From Blastocystis sp. Blastoise (Eukaryota; Protista; Bigyra: Opalinata): a stretch of 64,000 nucleotides of DNA. Under the pieces are notes generated by a model. That model was not told where the DNA came from, searched no databases, and saw nothing but the letters and a program-made list of their open reading frames with translations. The translations under genes and the position numbers were made by a program. Where the stretch lies: the NCBI GenBank assembly GCA_039096225.1, contig JBBPEB010000002.1, positions 434,001 to 498,000 on the forward strand. Direction: 5' to 3'. Shown piece by piece: positions 44,651 through 58,970 of this stretch. Within the stretch, counting starts at the first letter, position 1. Each line of letters opens with the position of its first letter.

Positions 44651-47600
44651 TGAAAATTTTTTAAAAATGGTATATTTTATGATTACATTTTCTCAGTCAA
44701 TATTCTATAAAATAATAAAGTTAAAGTATATTTAGATATAAGACAACCCAAACATGATGTATTTTTATCATTTTTTTTTTAAATATAAAAAATGAAGTCA
44801 CAGGAGACAATAGTTGAATCCAATAAAAAAATGACTTTTGAAATTTTTTTTAAAAACTTTTTATTTGTTTTTTGTTTATATTCTCATCAATAATAAATAT
44901 ATTTGACATTTGACTTCATATTGAATCACTAAATACCAAAATAAACATATTTTATAATTTTATTTTGTTTTTAAAAGACTTTGACAACAGATCACCAGAC
45001 AATGTTAACTCAATAAACTCTTAAAATGTTTAAATTAGTGTTTAGAATCACTCATAGACATTGTACGTGACTTATTTGAAAAAGTTGAGACAACATGTTG
45101 AACTGATACAGACAATGTTTGTTCTAAAAAGTAAGTTATCAGTCTTTATAAGTTGTAAATGGCATAAAAAATCTTTAAATAAATAAATTTGTTTTTAATT
45201 GTCTTTAATTAGTGAAATAAATCGTTTATAAAAAGAAACCGTTTTTGATACTATAGTTTATTTTGACAATTTCTCCATCAATATTTATTTTTAAAAAATA
45301 AATAAAACTTATTTATAAACTAGACAACATATAGTTTATAAATTTATAAAAATATTATCAAAATATAAAATAACTTTTGAGATAAAAAATTATATATGCA
45401 AAACATAAAAAAATTAATTTTTGAAAAAAGGGTATAGTTTATGGTTTTAATTTCTCAGTCAATATTTAATTATTTTATATAATTTTAACAAATAAATATA
45501 GAGAATAAAACGTGTTATTAATATAATTTTTAATATTTAAAATTAATAAAAAAATGAGTTCAGTAGAGTCAATAGTATAACATGTTAAAAAACTGAAAAT
45601 TGAAAAATCATTTTTCTAAAAATTTTCCAAAAGTTGACAAATCAAATTCATATTTGACAATTAATTTTTATATATTTGAAAACTAGACCTTATATGTATT
45701 GCATTTCTCAAAAGAATGGTTAAAAGTGGAGTTGACAAGTGTATGAGTAAATGGAAATGTTGACTCAAAATTTTGAAAAAAGTAGTTCAATGTGTCCTAA
45801 ATCACATATCATGGCAATTCTGAAAATATTATCACTTTATAATGAGTTTAAAGGGAAAAATAATTTTGAATTGTCTGTTTGACTGTCTTAAGTGAAGAGA
45901 TTCAATACACTTTTTATAATAATGAGTATTAGAGTGTTTAATACTTATAATAATAAAAGAATTGTTTGAAATAAAGGTGGTTGTGTGTTTGACCAAAATG
46001 TTAAAATGAGTCTATTTTTCCAAAATGGTTGTAATAAGTATGCATTGAGTGTTTTTTGAATGTTTTATATAAAAATCTAAAATAAATAAATAATTTAAGT
46101 TGTTTAAAAAATTATTTTTTTAGAATTACAATAGTTAAATCAAGAGATTCAAGTCACTTTTTATAATAATAATAAATAGACCTATTATAGAATATAAAAT
46201 ATTAAAAATTGATTTAATTAAGTATGGTTGACTGTTTGATAGGAATGTTAGAATGGGTAAAATAATTTTAATTGTTTCTAAAACAGTATAATACGTTTTT
46301 TTGTCACTAAATACAAAACTATTATTGTTTAAAGAATGTTTTTTGTCTTTCAAAAGAACTCATTTTTTGTAATTGTGACTTTAAACAAAAGAGATTCAAG
46401 TTACTTTTTATAAATTAAAATAATAAATTAAATATATATGTATATTAATATAAAATTCGTTTTAATAAAAGTGAATGTGTGTATTTCAAAATGTTAAAGT
46501 CTTTTAGAGTTTTTTAAAAATAACTTATTTGTTGTATAAACTATATTTTATGTACAATAGGTAAAGTTTCCAAAGTATTTAAAACTATTTAGTTATGAAA
46601 TGGAATGTAATTTTTGTTTTATATTTTTGTTTTTAGTTTTTAGTTATGAAATGATTATGAAAACACTATAAAAATTGAATTAAATTTGAATTAAGTATTT
46701 TTAAATAATGAAAAGATAATTTCTCTATAAATATTCTCTTTTACTTAAAACGAATAGATTCTATTAATGATAAATATTAAAATAAGACTCTAATTTTTTT
46801 GTTTATTATATAAAGTAATAAATATCTTTTAATTATTAAGAGTACTTTTGTATTAATAATTCAAACTGAAATAGGTATAATAAAAGAAAAATTATAATAT
46901 TTATGAAATAATATCGAGACATGATTACTATTTATATAATTAAACATTTATTAATAGGGAAAAGCTGTATAATAGAATTTCTAAAAAATTTATATAATAG
47001 TATATATAAAAGGAAAGGATAAATTATAAAAAACAAATAGATATCAAAATCATAATATTTTAAAAGTAAAACAAAACAATATATGAACAAAATAAAAAAG
47101 AATATATAATGTTTTTTTTAGACAAGAGAATAAGCTATTTCTCACAATAATAATTATATAGACTAATTCAAATAAAACATAAATATTTAAAGGTAGGGTA
47201 TAAGTGATAATAATATGTTTTAAAAGAAAAAGTATTTTATAATCATATTGATATTATTTAAAATACTAAATATTTATAAAACTAAATGAATTGATAAAAT
47301 ACATAGAAAGTTATAAATGAAATAACAAAGAAAAGTGAATTAATATTGAAAACTAAAAACTAAATAGAAATAGAAATAGAAATAGAAATAGAAATAGAAA
47401 TAGAAATAGAAATAGAAATAGAAATAGAAATAGAAATAGAAATAAGATCAAAAATAAAACACAAGAGTTAATTAATTATCATTGATAAACAATAAATATA
47501 TATAATCAATAATAAAAATGGCCAAAAAAGATATTAAATAAAAAAGGAAATAATATTCAAAAACATATAGAATGTTAAGTAAGAATTATCAATATGTATG

Positions 47601-47847
47601 AATTAAATTATTTAAAACACTAAATTGAAAATTAAGCATTAGAAGATAACAATTAAAAGCAATTGAAATAATATTTTATAAAATATGAAATAGTTTTAAT
47701 CCTAAAAAAAAATAAAAACAGAAATGAATAACAAAAACATAAGAATAAATATTCATTTTTAAAAATTCAATGTAAGATATAACAATTGAGAGATAATAAT
47801 TATCTAAACTCAAGCGTAGGCTGGCGTAGCCAGTCGTGAAACGCTTG
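44651..47847 (+). mobile_element. Older Helitron-like element distantly related to H1 (3' portion)
   Basis: Diverged H1-type gagattcaa units at ~45897, 46144, 46391; hairpin ggctggc-gta-gccagtc 8 nt before CTTG|t (variant of CTRR). Confidence 0.5.
47363..47444. repeat. (TAGAAA)n hexamer microsatellite
   Basis: ~13 perfect units. Confidence 0.95.
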
Positions 47848-48505
47848 TTACAATAAAGAATATATTATGTATATATTTATATTGTTAATAATTACTTTAT
47901 AGATTATTCAAAAAATATGAAAACAGTATATCTTATTGATATTTATATTTTTAAATGAAAAATAATTAATATTTTGTGTTTTGTTTTGTTATTATTTTTT
48001 GAAACTATTTCTTTTAAACGACAATTTTCAACTGTTAAAAATACTGTTGTCAGCAGTATTTTATCTGAAAAGATATTCAGATCATATCCAGTTTTGACTG
48101 CTTATTTTTTACTGATTTCATATAAAGTCAAAAATTCTCATGAGGGGTATTCTTATAATCGCGATTATGCCCGACAGTATAAAAGAAAAATAAATATTAA
48201 GTTTATATAATTTTGATGGAAACAAAAGAATTCTATAAAATATACGACAGTTTTTATTGGTTAAAAATTCAAATTTAATCCTTTTAGCATATTTTAGTGG
48301 CCTAGTCGATTAAGTATTTTTTTGTGGGACCGTTTTAGGTCTTTAGACATGAAATTTTTGAAAAAAAAAAAGTATCATAATGGATTTTTTATATAGTATC
48401 TTAATATATTATCAGTTTAACTTAGATATATAACACAAAAAAAAGTAATCAGTTCATTTATATCAGTTCAATTTGTGTGCTATCAATCTTTCTTTATATA
48501 CAAGA
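47848..48505 (-). mobile_element. 5' portion of an H3-family Helitron
   Basis: 48240-48505 resembles 43450-43708 (tttgtgggaccgttttagg, aaagtaatc.gt.catttatatcagt); minus 5' end a|TCTTGTATATAAAG. Left boundary uncertain. Confidence 0.6.
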
Positions 48506-48872
48506 TTTTAATTATCATTAAAATAAGGATTAAATAAATGAGAAAATGATGTTTTAAAAAGTAATGAACAAATAAAAACCCCAAAACATATCAGACACAA
48601 AACCATTTTTTTTTTTTGAAATTTTATTTTTTGTATTTAAAAAGGTCTGACTAAAAAAAATAAAGACTACTCATTAATGAAAATTATTAATCCAGTGAAA
48701 ATGTATATTAGTGCAGCTATTTTTATTTTTGAATAGAAAATTGATATATTTATATAAAATAATAATAAATTATATTTAATAAGTGATAACTGAATAAGAA
48801 AAGAGAAAAAAATTAACAAATAGAAGTGATATAAGTTAATAGTATATGTAAATAAGATAAAAAAGAATATAA

Positions 48873-48945
48873 GCCTCGATAGCTCAGTCGGGAGAGCGTA
48901 TGACTGAAGATCATAAGGTCCCTGGTTCGATCCCGGGTCAAGGCG
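48873..48945 (+). tRNA. trnF: tRNA-Phe (GAA)
   Basis: GCCTCGA TA GCTC AGTCGGGA GAGC G TATGA CT-GAA-GA TCATA AGGTC CCTGG TTCGATC CCGGG TCAAGGC G; T-rich tract follows; C5:A68 acceptor mismatch. Confidence 0.93.
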
Positions 48946-48977
48946 TAATTTTATTTTTATTTATTTTTTTAGATTCT

Positions 48978-50902
48978 ATGAAGCATAAGGATCATAATGG
49001 TGGTCCTTTGGAGTTCAAACTCTACACCAAAAATATTTTTCCTAAATGGGAAAAATATCTTTATAGATTTCAAATTTGGAAATCTCAGTTCAGAGATGAT
49101 GGTCTACAACAGCTGTATCAAAAGTCGTTGTCAAACTATCATTCTTCTTCACTGAGAAAACTGAGTTTAAAGAGATCTACTCATGTATTCAGCTGGAAGT
49201 TTCCTCAAAATAAAAATTTTCAAATTTACAGTCAAAATTCAAAAATAATTAGAAAAATGAAAAATTTGAATTTTTCATGTTCTTCTTCTACCCCTTTTTA
49301 TTTCTCTAATAGAGAAATTAAGAATTTCAAAGCTTCTAATAATGGAATCTACACGTCTTCCGCCATTGAATCTCAAGATCCAAACCACAAAAATTTTACT
49401 CATTTACTTAATCGGCGAAGTGAAGTGGTTCGAAAATTGGCTTCTAAGGTTCCATCCACTACTGATAAGGGTCCTCATTACAAAAAACCATGTTTCAGCT
49501 CAAAAGCTCAGAAACAAGAGAGAATGGTGAAATACATTATGAAAAAGGTCCTTTCCAAAAATATCAAAATTGGTATCCGTGATGGTTCTTCTTACTCTAC
49601 ATCAGATAATGGTCTTCATTTAAATTCTTCTATGGTTTCCAAAAACAGAGAGAATGGTGACTTTAAAGAAGTTTCAAAAAATGATGAAAATGGTGTGGAA
49701 AGCAAGATAATGATGAATACGAATGGTTGTGATGATACTAATACTTCAATGGTTCCTAATGAGAGAAAAGAAGCCAAGAATGATGATGAAAATAATATAT
49801 ATATAGATGTTATTAATGAGAATACTAATATGAATAATAATATAATAGATATCAGTAATGATGAAAATAATATAAATATTAATTATATAGATAATAATAA
49901 TGACGAAAATAATATAGTCCATAATTATGTAAAGAATAATAAGAATATAGATAATAAGAATATGGATAAGAATACTAATGAAATTGGTACTAATATGGAA
50001 GATAATGATAATAATTATATAGAAAGTGATGATTCTTCATATGTTCCAGATTCTGAAATGGATGATGTTGATAGTTATACCTCTTCTAGTTATTATACAT
50101 CAGATATGGATGAAAGTGAAGATATAAATGCATTCCAGAAAGATGAAATAGTGAAGATAGATGATATAAGTAATGAAAATAATAATATAAATAATCCTCT
50201 AAATATACTTATGAATGATCTTCTTAATGATGTTAATAAGTATATAGATAAAAATGAATATATAGATAAATATAAATATGAAAATAAAATATCAAATGAT
50301 ATAGATAATAAAGATATGAATAATATTTCTAATACTCCTATTACTCCTAATAACACTATAACTCCTATAACTCCTATAACTCCTTCTATTCCTATAACTC
50401 CTTCTACTCCTAATACTTCTATAACTCCTTCTACTCCTAATACTTCTATAACTCCTTCTACTACTATATCTCCTAATACTCCTATAATTCCTTCTACTCT
50501 TATAACTCTTATAACTCCTTCTACTGCTAATACTTCTATAACTCCTAATACTCCTATAAATGTTTCTACTCCTATAACTTCTTCTACCCCTATAACTTCT
50601 GGTACTTCAATAACTCCTATAACTCATATTACTTCTATAACTCCTTCTATTCCTATAACTCCTCTTGATCCTATAACTCCTATAACTCCTTCTACTTCTA
50701 TAACTCCTATAAACCCAATAACTCCTATTACTCCTATAACTCCTATTACTCCTATAATTCCAATAACTACAATAACTCCTATAAATCCTATTACTCCTAT
50801 AACTCCTATAACTCCTTCTACTCCTATAACTCCTATTACTCCTATTACTCCTGTAACTACTATTAACCATTTATATATTAATTCTCATCTAAATGTTAAT
50901 AC

Positions 50903-50936
<34 letters not shown>

Positions 50937-51240
50937 ATTAACAGAGATACTGACATTAAGAGATTTAATAATATTAATAAATTGTCTAACAATAATAATA
51001 ATAATAATAATAATAATTCTTTAGATATTAATTCCTCAACTAATATAGATGAATCTACTAATATTAATAATAATATGATAATAGATTCTTCTTCTTCTGA
51101 TAATAATAATAATAATTCTACAGATATCGATATTAATAATACTAGTATATATGATAATGATATTGATTCTACTGATATTAATATTATAGATATTACAGAA
51201 GATGAAACAGATGCTATGAATACCTTTGATGATCATGAAG

Positions 51241-51306
<66 letters not shown>

Positions 51307-54300
51307 GAAGAAATAGATCTGATTCAATTTCCTCTTCTTCCTCTTCCTCTTCCTCTTCCTCTTCATCTTCCTCTTCCTCTTCATCTTCTTCTTCATCTGG
51401 AATGGATATAGAAGAATCAAATATTAATAATAATAATAATGATATTGATATTGATAATATGCCTTCTATTATTCCTTCTATTATCAGAAATTTAAATAGA
51501 AATACAAATTCTATTCAACAAACTAATAATAATAATAATACTTTTCCTCCAAATAATAATCAAACTATAAATCAATCAATTCCTAATAATAATATTAATA
51601 ATACTATAAATAACATTGATCTAGATTTATCTCTTAATAATCATATTAATAATCCTATTATTCCTAATTATCTTCATATTCCTATTCAAGATAGAATATA
51701 TCCTTATAATTTAGATAATCTTGATTTACCTACTGGAATAATAGAAAACAATATGATGAATACATTATTTAATTCTAATAGAAGAGTATTAACATTAGAT
51801 TCTTCTATTTATTCTATAAATTCTATTCCTAATAATATTCCTAATTTTCCTACAGAATGTAATTGGATATTTCCTTGTAAACCAGATTTCTTTATTGGTT
51901 ATAATGAAATACGAAATCATGAGAAAGGAAAAGTATGGAAATATTTAAATGAAATACGTGAATGTTTTAATCATATAATATTAATGTTATCTTGGAATAG
52001 ATCTATTAATCATTCTAATTTAACAAGATTAGATGCATTCACTTTATTCTTTCCTAATATAGAAAAGAACGCTATAGATTCATTATTACGTAAGATAAGA
52101 AGTAATTATAGACAAATAAATAGAGATACTAATATTCCTACTTTAGGTAATAGAAATAATAATCGTATTCCAAATAATCAAAGATTAAGAAATAATCAAA
52201 TACAAAATGGTTATATTAATATTAATAATAATAATAATAATAATAATATTGATATTAATATAAATAATTCTGATATTAACTCTAATAATAATAATGATAA
52301 TAATTCCAATAATAATGAATCAAATGAAATGGAAATAGATAATGAAATAAATCATTCTAATAATTCTAATATTAATAATATTTCTAATTCTTCTAATTCT
52401 TCTAATTCTAATAGTCATATATCAAATAATAATAATAATAATCATAATAATAATCATAATAATATATCCTCTCAATCTTCACTAGATTCTGATATTGATA
52501 TAGATATGAATTTAAATAATTCTAATTCTAATAATTCTAATTATAATAATAATAGAAGAAATAATAATAATAGAAATAATACAAGACCTTCTAATATTCC
52601 TACTTTACAAACTAGAATAAATCATAATCCTAGAACAGTTCAAGGTAGAAGAACAAGAGAATTAGAATTAAATAATAATAATAATAATATGAATAATGAT
52701 AATGAAATGGAAATAGAAAATGAAGAAGAAAGAAATAATAATATTAGAAATACTAATGATAATAATAATAATCCTAATAATAATAATACAGAAATAGATT
52801 TAATATCAACTTATTCAGAAAATAATATTAATAATATTATTAATAGATCAAATAATCTTCATTATACTTCAAATGTGAAAAGAAGATTATCTAGATTAGC
52901 TTTAAAGCGTTGGTCTAATAATAAAACAATAAATCGATTTAATAGATTTGTAGAAGAGAGATTATATGATCATATTCGATGTTATCCTATAGAAGATTCA
53001 AATCATAATCCTACTATGACTCCTGAATTAATAGAATCTTTTAATAAGAGTTGTGAATATGTATTTAATGAAATATATAGATGGATATCACAATGTGATA
53101 GAGGAAGAATAAATCATAATGATAGATATAATAATAATAATAGAGATGTAGGTAGTTCAGCTAATGAAGATCGTAATTATCACAATGAAACTAGAAATAG
53201 AAATCATCATTTTCATGATAATAATAGATTTAATAATAATAATAATAATAATAGAAGATATATTAGAAGATATAATAATAATAGAAATCAAAGAAGATAT
53301 AATAATAATAATAGAAATACTAGAAGATATAATAATAATAATAATAATAATAATAGAAATCATAATAATAATAATAATAATAATAATAACAGAAATACTA
53401 GAAATTTAAATACAAATAGAAATGAAAGAAGAATGAATAATGAAATGGAAATTGAAATTGAATCTGAAAATACTAATAATACTAATACTAATTCTAATCA
53501 AATTAATTCTTCTAATTCCAATACTTCTAATAATGATACTCAATCAGAAAGAGAATCTAATATTAATAATTCTAATAATAATTCTAATACTCATTCTAAT
53601 AATAATACTCATAATAATAATAGATATAATAGAAATAGAAATAATAATTATCATTCAAATAATAATAATAATAGATTTAATTATAATATAAATGATGAGA
53701 ATGAATTGAATGAAGAATTAATAAATTCAGAAATTCAATATTATAAGAAAGTATCTAAACTTCTTAATGAATGTATTCAATCTATTAATACATTTACTTC
53801 TCAAATATCTATGAATAATAATAATTCTATTTCTATTCAATCTTCTATAAATATATTTATAGGTAAATTAGTAGAAATATATGAAATGAATACAGAAGAA
53901 CCTATATTAGGTACTATATTAGAAAATCTAAATATATCAAATATTAATGAATCTATTAATATAATGAATATAGATTTATGGAATGATAGTAAGAATTCAT
54001 TAAATCATTTTTATGAAAATTCAAAAAGAATGATTGAAGATTTATTAAAGAATAAAGAGAATATAAAGAATCATAGAGAAGCATCTAAAATAAGAAAAGA
54101 TTTTGAAATTAATTCTAAATCTACTCTTCGTTCTCAAATATGGAATAATAATACTGGAGAACATTGTACTATTCCTCCTGATACTCTTACTCAATTATAT
54201 TCTGATTTATATTCCTCTCATGAATCTAATACTAATTCTACTTCTACTCCTCCTCCTCTATGGTTATCTACTAATATTTCTACTCTACCTGAAAATTCTT

Positions 54301-56995
54301 CTTCTTTCAATATTATTAAATTTAAAGATGTTACTAGAATTTTAAGGAAACTTCCTAATAATAGTACTCCTGGTGCTAATGGAATTCCTTATGAAATCTA
54401 TAAAAGAAGTACTTCTGCTAGATTATTATTAACTTATATCTTAGAAGTATGTAGATATAATGAAATTACTTTAAATAGTTGGAATGAATCTATTACTTGG
54501 TTATTAGATAAAAGAAAAGATGATAAATCTTCTTTAAATAATTGGAGACCATTATGTCTTCAAAATGTAGAATCAAAAATATTTTCTTCTCTTATAGTAG
54601 ATTATATTAATAATATTAATAATTCTTATCATATTATATCTTCTTATCAAAAAGGATTTACTCCTAGTGTAGCTGGTTGTGAAGATCTTAATTATATTCT
54701 TAGTAATATCATAGCTGATTTTAAATTAAAAAGAATAAGAAATTCTAATTTATTAATTAATTTCTTAGATTTAGAAAAAGCTTATGATACTGTTCCTCAT
54801 AAGATATTATTAAATATTCTTCATATGATGAATTTTCCTAATAATATTATTAATATAATAAAGAGTTGGTATGATAATGCTTCTACTAAAATTAGATATG
54901 ATAATCATCAATATACTTCTTCTATTCATCTTCATAGAGGTATTCGTCAAGGTGATCCTCTTTCTCCTCTATTATTTAATATTATTATAGATCCTCTTCT
55001 TAAATATATTAATAATAATAATAATATGAAAGTACAAATAAAAGATAATGATACTATAATATTAGAATCAAATGCATATGCTTATGCTGATGATATAGTA
55101 TTATTATCAAATTGTACTAATGATAATAATATTTTATTAGAAAGAGTAGGTGAAGTATTAGATTATTATTCTATGAAATTGAGTGTTTCAAAATGTAAAT
55201 GTATGGGAATGAAGATGAGTGATGATAGAAATAGAAAATTAGAATATACTATTACTCCTCCTATTTATAAGAATGAATCAATTCCTATAATGAATGAAGA
55301 AGAGACTGTAAGATATCTTGGTTGTCCTATTTCTTATATATATACAAAAAGAAGAGAATTTTGGGTAGATAATATAAAGAAAGTAAGTGAACGATTATCT
55401 TGTTTAAATAATAGTTTATTAACTCCTTGTCAAAAAATTAATGTAGTAAAACAATATATCTTACCTTGTTTAGAATTCTTATTTAGAAATGGTGATATGA
55501 ATAAGAATGATATTACTCTTATTGATACTACTATAAAACAATATATAATGAATTGGTTAGGAACTGGTACTAATCTACCTTCTCACTTCTTTAGTACTCC
55601 TATTAATAATGGTGGTTTAGGTATTATGCAATTAATTGATAGATATTATATAGGAAAGATATCTTTAATTGCTAGAATGGCTGTTTCTGATGATCCTCAA
55701 ATTAGAAATATTCTTCAATATACTATTAATAAATCTTCATTAACTAATGATTTATTTATGATACCTAATCCTATTGATTACTTAGATAATAATAATGATA
55801 ATAATAATAATATTCCTGAAAATCATAAGAATGATTTGTTATTCTTTCAATGGTTAATTAATGATAATCATAAAATAGTAAAAGGAAGAATAGAAAATGG
55901 TAATATAATAATACATGATACTCCTTATGAATCATTAACAAATTTCTTTCCTTATCTTCGTAAAGCTGTAGATGCTGCTTATAAACTTGGTGTTAATATA
56001 GCTTATATAGATGTTAATGATATATCTTTAGGTATTAAAATAAAATTAATAGATAAAGATATTCCTGAATTAAATACTACTATTCCTTATGAGAAAGTAA
56101 GAAGAACGATATGTAAAGAAATTAATAATTTATTGAAGAAGAAACATTCAAAACAATTATTAAATAATTATGAGAATACTTATTATTATAAATATTTAGA
56201 TAATAACATAGAAAGTAATAGATGGTTATTTAATGGTAAGAGATGTCATCCTATGAAATATTCTGCTTTAATTAATATAAGAATGAGAACAGCATTTACT
56301 GGTTCTCAATCTTTCTTATATAATAAGAAGAGATCTCCTAAGATTAATGATACTGAAGCTCTTTGTCCTTATTGTTTAGAACATAATAAAAGAGCTATTC
56401 ATAATTTGAATCATATTCTTACTACATGTGATAGAATTACAGATAATAATGGAATAGGTGGTTTAATTACAAATAGACATAATCAAATATTAAATAATTT
56501 ATATAAGAAATTAATAAGAAAATATTAATTAGGAGAATATAGAATAAGTATAGATAAATCATTATCAACTTCCTTTGGTAATGATATATTTAATAGAAAT
56601 ATGAATAATCTTCGTCCTGATATAGTAATTATTCCTACAAATCCAAATAACAAAGATATAATAATAGCAGATGTAGGTATAGCATATGAAGGATCTTCTA
56701 ATCAAATAGATCCTCTTCAAACAATGAAACAGAAGAAAGATCATGATTATGATAATGTAATAGAAATATTGAATAATAATGGTTATAGAGTGAGTAATTA
56801 TTCTTTAATCTTTGGTTCTTCTGGAGTTATTCCTAAAGATACTTTAAATAATCTTAGAAAGATATTAGATATTTCTAAGAAGAATGTATCTTATTATGCT
56901 TCTATATTAAATAATATTATCTTAGATTGGTCATATAAATTCTGGTTAAAATCTCTTCCTGATAGTCATACTATCTCTACTCATTTAAGAGATTC

Positions 56996-57033
<38 letters not shown>

Positions 57034-57044
57034 TATCTCAATAA
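48978..57044 (+). CDS. Retrotransposon polyprotein: low-complexity N-terminus, reverse transcriptase, CCHC knuckle, restriction-like endonuclease; one in-frame TAA at 56526-56528
   Basis: [62 protein letters not shown]....C, RHN, then the same frame continues to [19 protein letters not shown]. Likely start ATG 48978 (shared with copy 2). Confidence 0.9.
50330..50862 (+). repeat. Coding 9-bp minisatellite (actcctata, TPI repeats)
   Basis: Dozens of TPI/TPS units; shorter version in copy 2 at ~60250-60555. Confidence 0.85.
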
Positions 57045-58333
57045 TTTAAATTAATATATCATATTAATTTATCTTTTATTGATATTTTATTCATTTACTT
57101 TCTTTTATTTTTAATTCTTTTCTACTATTCATTCTATATTATTTTCAAAATTCATATTTCTATATATACTCAAAATCAATCATTTTCTTCTTATTTCTTC
57201 ATTATATTCTTCTATTATCAATTCTATTCAAATATCTACGATTTATATGTAATTATCTTTATGTTAAATGAAGTCTTCAATTTTACTAGATTTTATATAT
57301 ATACCTTACATATAGTATTAATTATTAATTTTATTCAAAATTTTATGATTGTGTTCCAAAACACAATTAATAGTTGATATTATATTAATATATATATAAT
57401 CAATTGAAATTTTCAAATTTAGAACTCTAATGGAATCAGGAAATCAATTTATGTTTTGGAATATATATATACTTTTAGATATACTTTTTCACATAGACGT
57501 CCTCTCTAAAATCGATTTTTCATTACCTTCTAGGTGGTCTTATAGGCTCTATTATACCTCAAACATCTTGTATTGAGCTATATTTGGTTTATTTATCATT
57601 CAAATTTTGATTCTGAAAATTTCATTTTTTATGACATTTTTCACTATTTCAAAATTTTGACTAAGTTACCTAAAAAATTAATTTCCATATTTGTGTTCCA
57701 AAACACAATAAAATCCAACTAGGATATCTATCAACTACAAATAAGTTGTTTTCTTCGAATTTAGAATTCTAATAGAGTCAATAGAACTAACTTAATGTTT
57801 TCATATTATCTCTCCTATTACTAAGTCAAGCCGAAATTAACTTAAAAATATCGAGTTTTCCAAAATTTTAAAATTTCATTATATACTACTCCTTCCTCTT
57901 CATATTAATATATATTCCAATTTTCGTAAGTCTCTCTACTTTACTACTTATACATCATTTTATACTAAAATTTTCAACATACTTCTCATTATTATTGAGT
58001 TTTCTCAATATTCAAAGCGCACATGATTGTGTTTCTTGGCAATAATATTGTTCATTACTTCTATTATTACATTTCTTATTAAATAATTATTCTCATATTT
58101 CTTATTTTTCATCTTCATTTTTATACTTTTATCAAAATCATGATTCTCATTTTTACTCATATACTCTATATTCTATTAACTGATTCTCTCTTAAATATTT
58201 TTCATCCAAAACTTATTTTTTCTCATATGATGAATTATTTCATCTCATTATTAAATCCATCTTTTTTATTCTATTTTGATCTCTCTTTCTCTCTATTATC
58301 ACTTTTTAATACAATTCATTTTTTTATATACAT

Positions 58334-58377
<44 letters not shown>

Positions 58378-58947
58378 TTTCTCTCCTCTATATATATATA
58401 TATAAACTATATTTTATTTTTCTTTTATATATTTATTTTATAATTTTATTTAATTTAAAATAGGACATATTTTAATATAATATTAATTAATTTTAATAAT
58501 AAAATTAAAATATTTTTTTATAATATTTTTTTATATAATATATTACTATGCCTTATATTTATATATATATACATATATATAAATATAATATTATGACCTT
58601 TGTTTTATTAATAATATAAGATTTCTTTAATTTTATTATCATAAATTTTATATTATCTAAAGATATATATATATATAGATATCTTATCATATATATAGTT
58701 AGGAACTATATAGATCAAAAACTCCTACCTATCCTGTCCTATAGGCAAAAAATTAAAAAACTAAAACTTTTTTATATAATTCTTGTTTTTGACGTCCCTC
58801 TTTGGATGTCTTTTTCTCCATGATGACATGGAGTTTTTGTTTAGTTTTTGATCTTAAAATAAAGTTGACTTTCTCAATTTTATTATTATTTTATTTTTAT
58901 TTGTGTTTCTCTGTTCCTTATCTTTCTTTTCTCTTGTTTAAATTAAT

Positions 58948-58970
58948 TGGTTCGATCCCGGGTCAAGGCG
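58948..58970 (+). other. Duplicated 3' fragment of tRNA-Phe (positions 51-73)
   Basis: tggttcgatcccgggtcaaggcg, identical to 48923-48945. Confidence 0.95.

Larger units (their letters stand above)
48923..58947 (+). mobile_element. Full-length (~10 kb) RLE-type (R2-group) non-LTR retrotransposon inserted in tRNA-Phe
   Basis: Single long RT-CCHC-RLE ORF, ~1.9-kb 3' region, ends ..gtttaaattaat directly before a second tRNA 3' fragment. Confidence 0.88.

Noticed and set aside
47363-47444. Telomeric repeat
   Set aside because: Short interstitial (TAGAAA)n inside a repeat element; not G-rich and not terminal.
48900-48977. ORF-track start [15 protein letters not shown] for the 2542-aa ORF
   Set aside because: That ATG lies in the tRNA anticodon arm; ATG 48978 is shared with copy 2 and is the more likely start.
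48984-49010. 2A-like peptide (KDHNGGP)
   Set aside because: Does not fit the DxExNPGP consensus.
50093-54345. Many short Ile/Tyr/Ser-Arg-rich ORFs on other frames (also 198-425, 12680-13021, 37517-37741, 43662-43868, 60060-61048)
   Set aside because: Shadow frames of microsatellites and low-complexity coding repeats.
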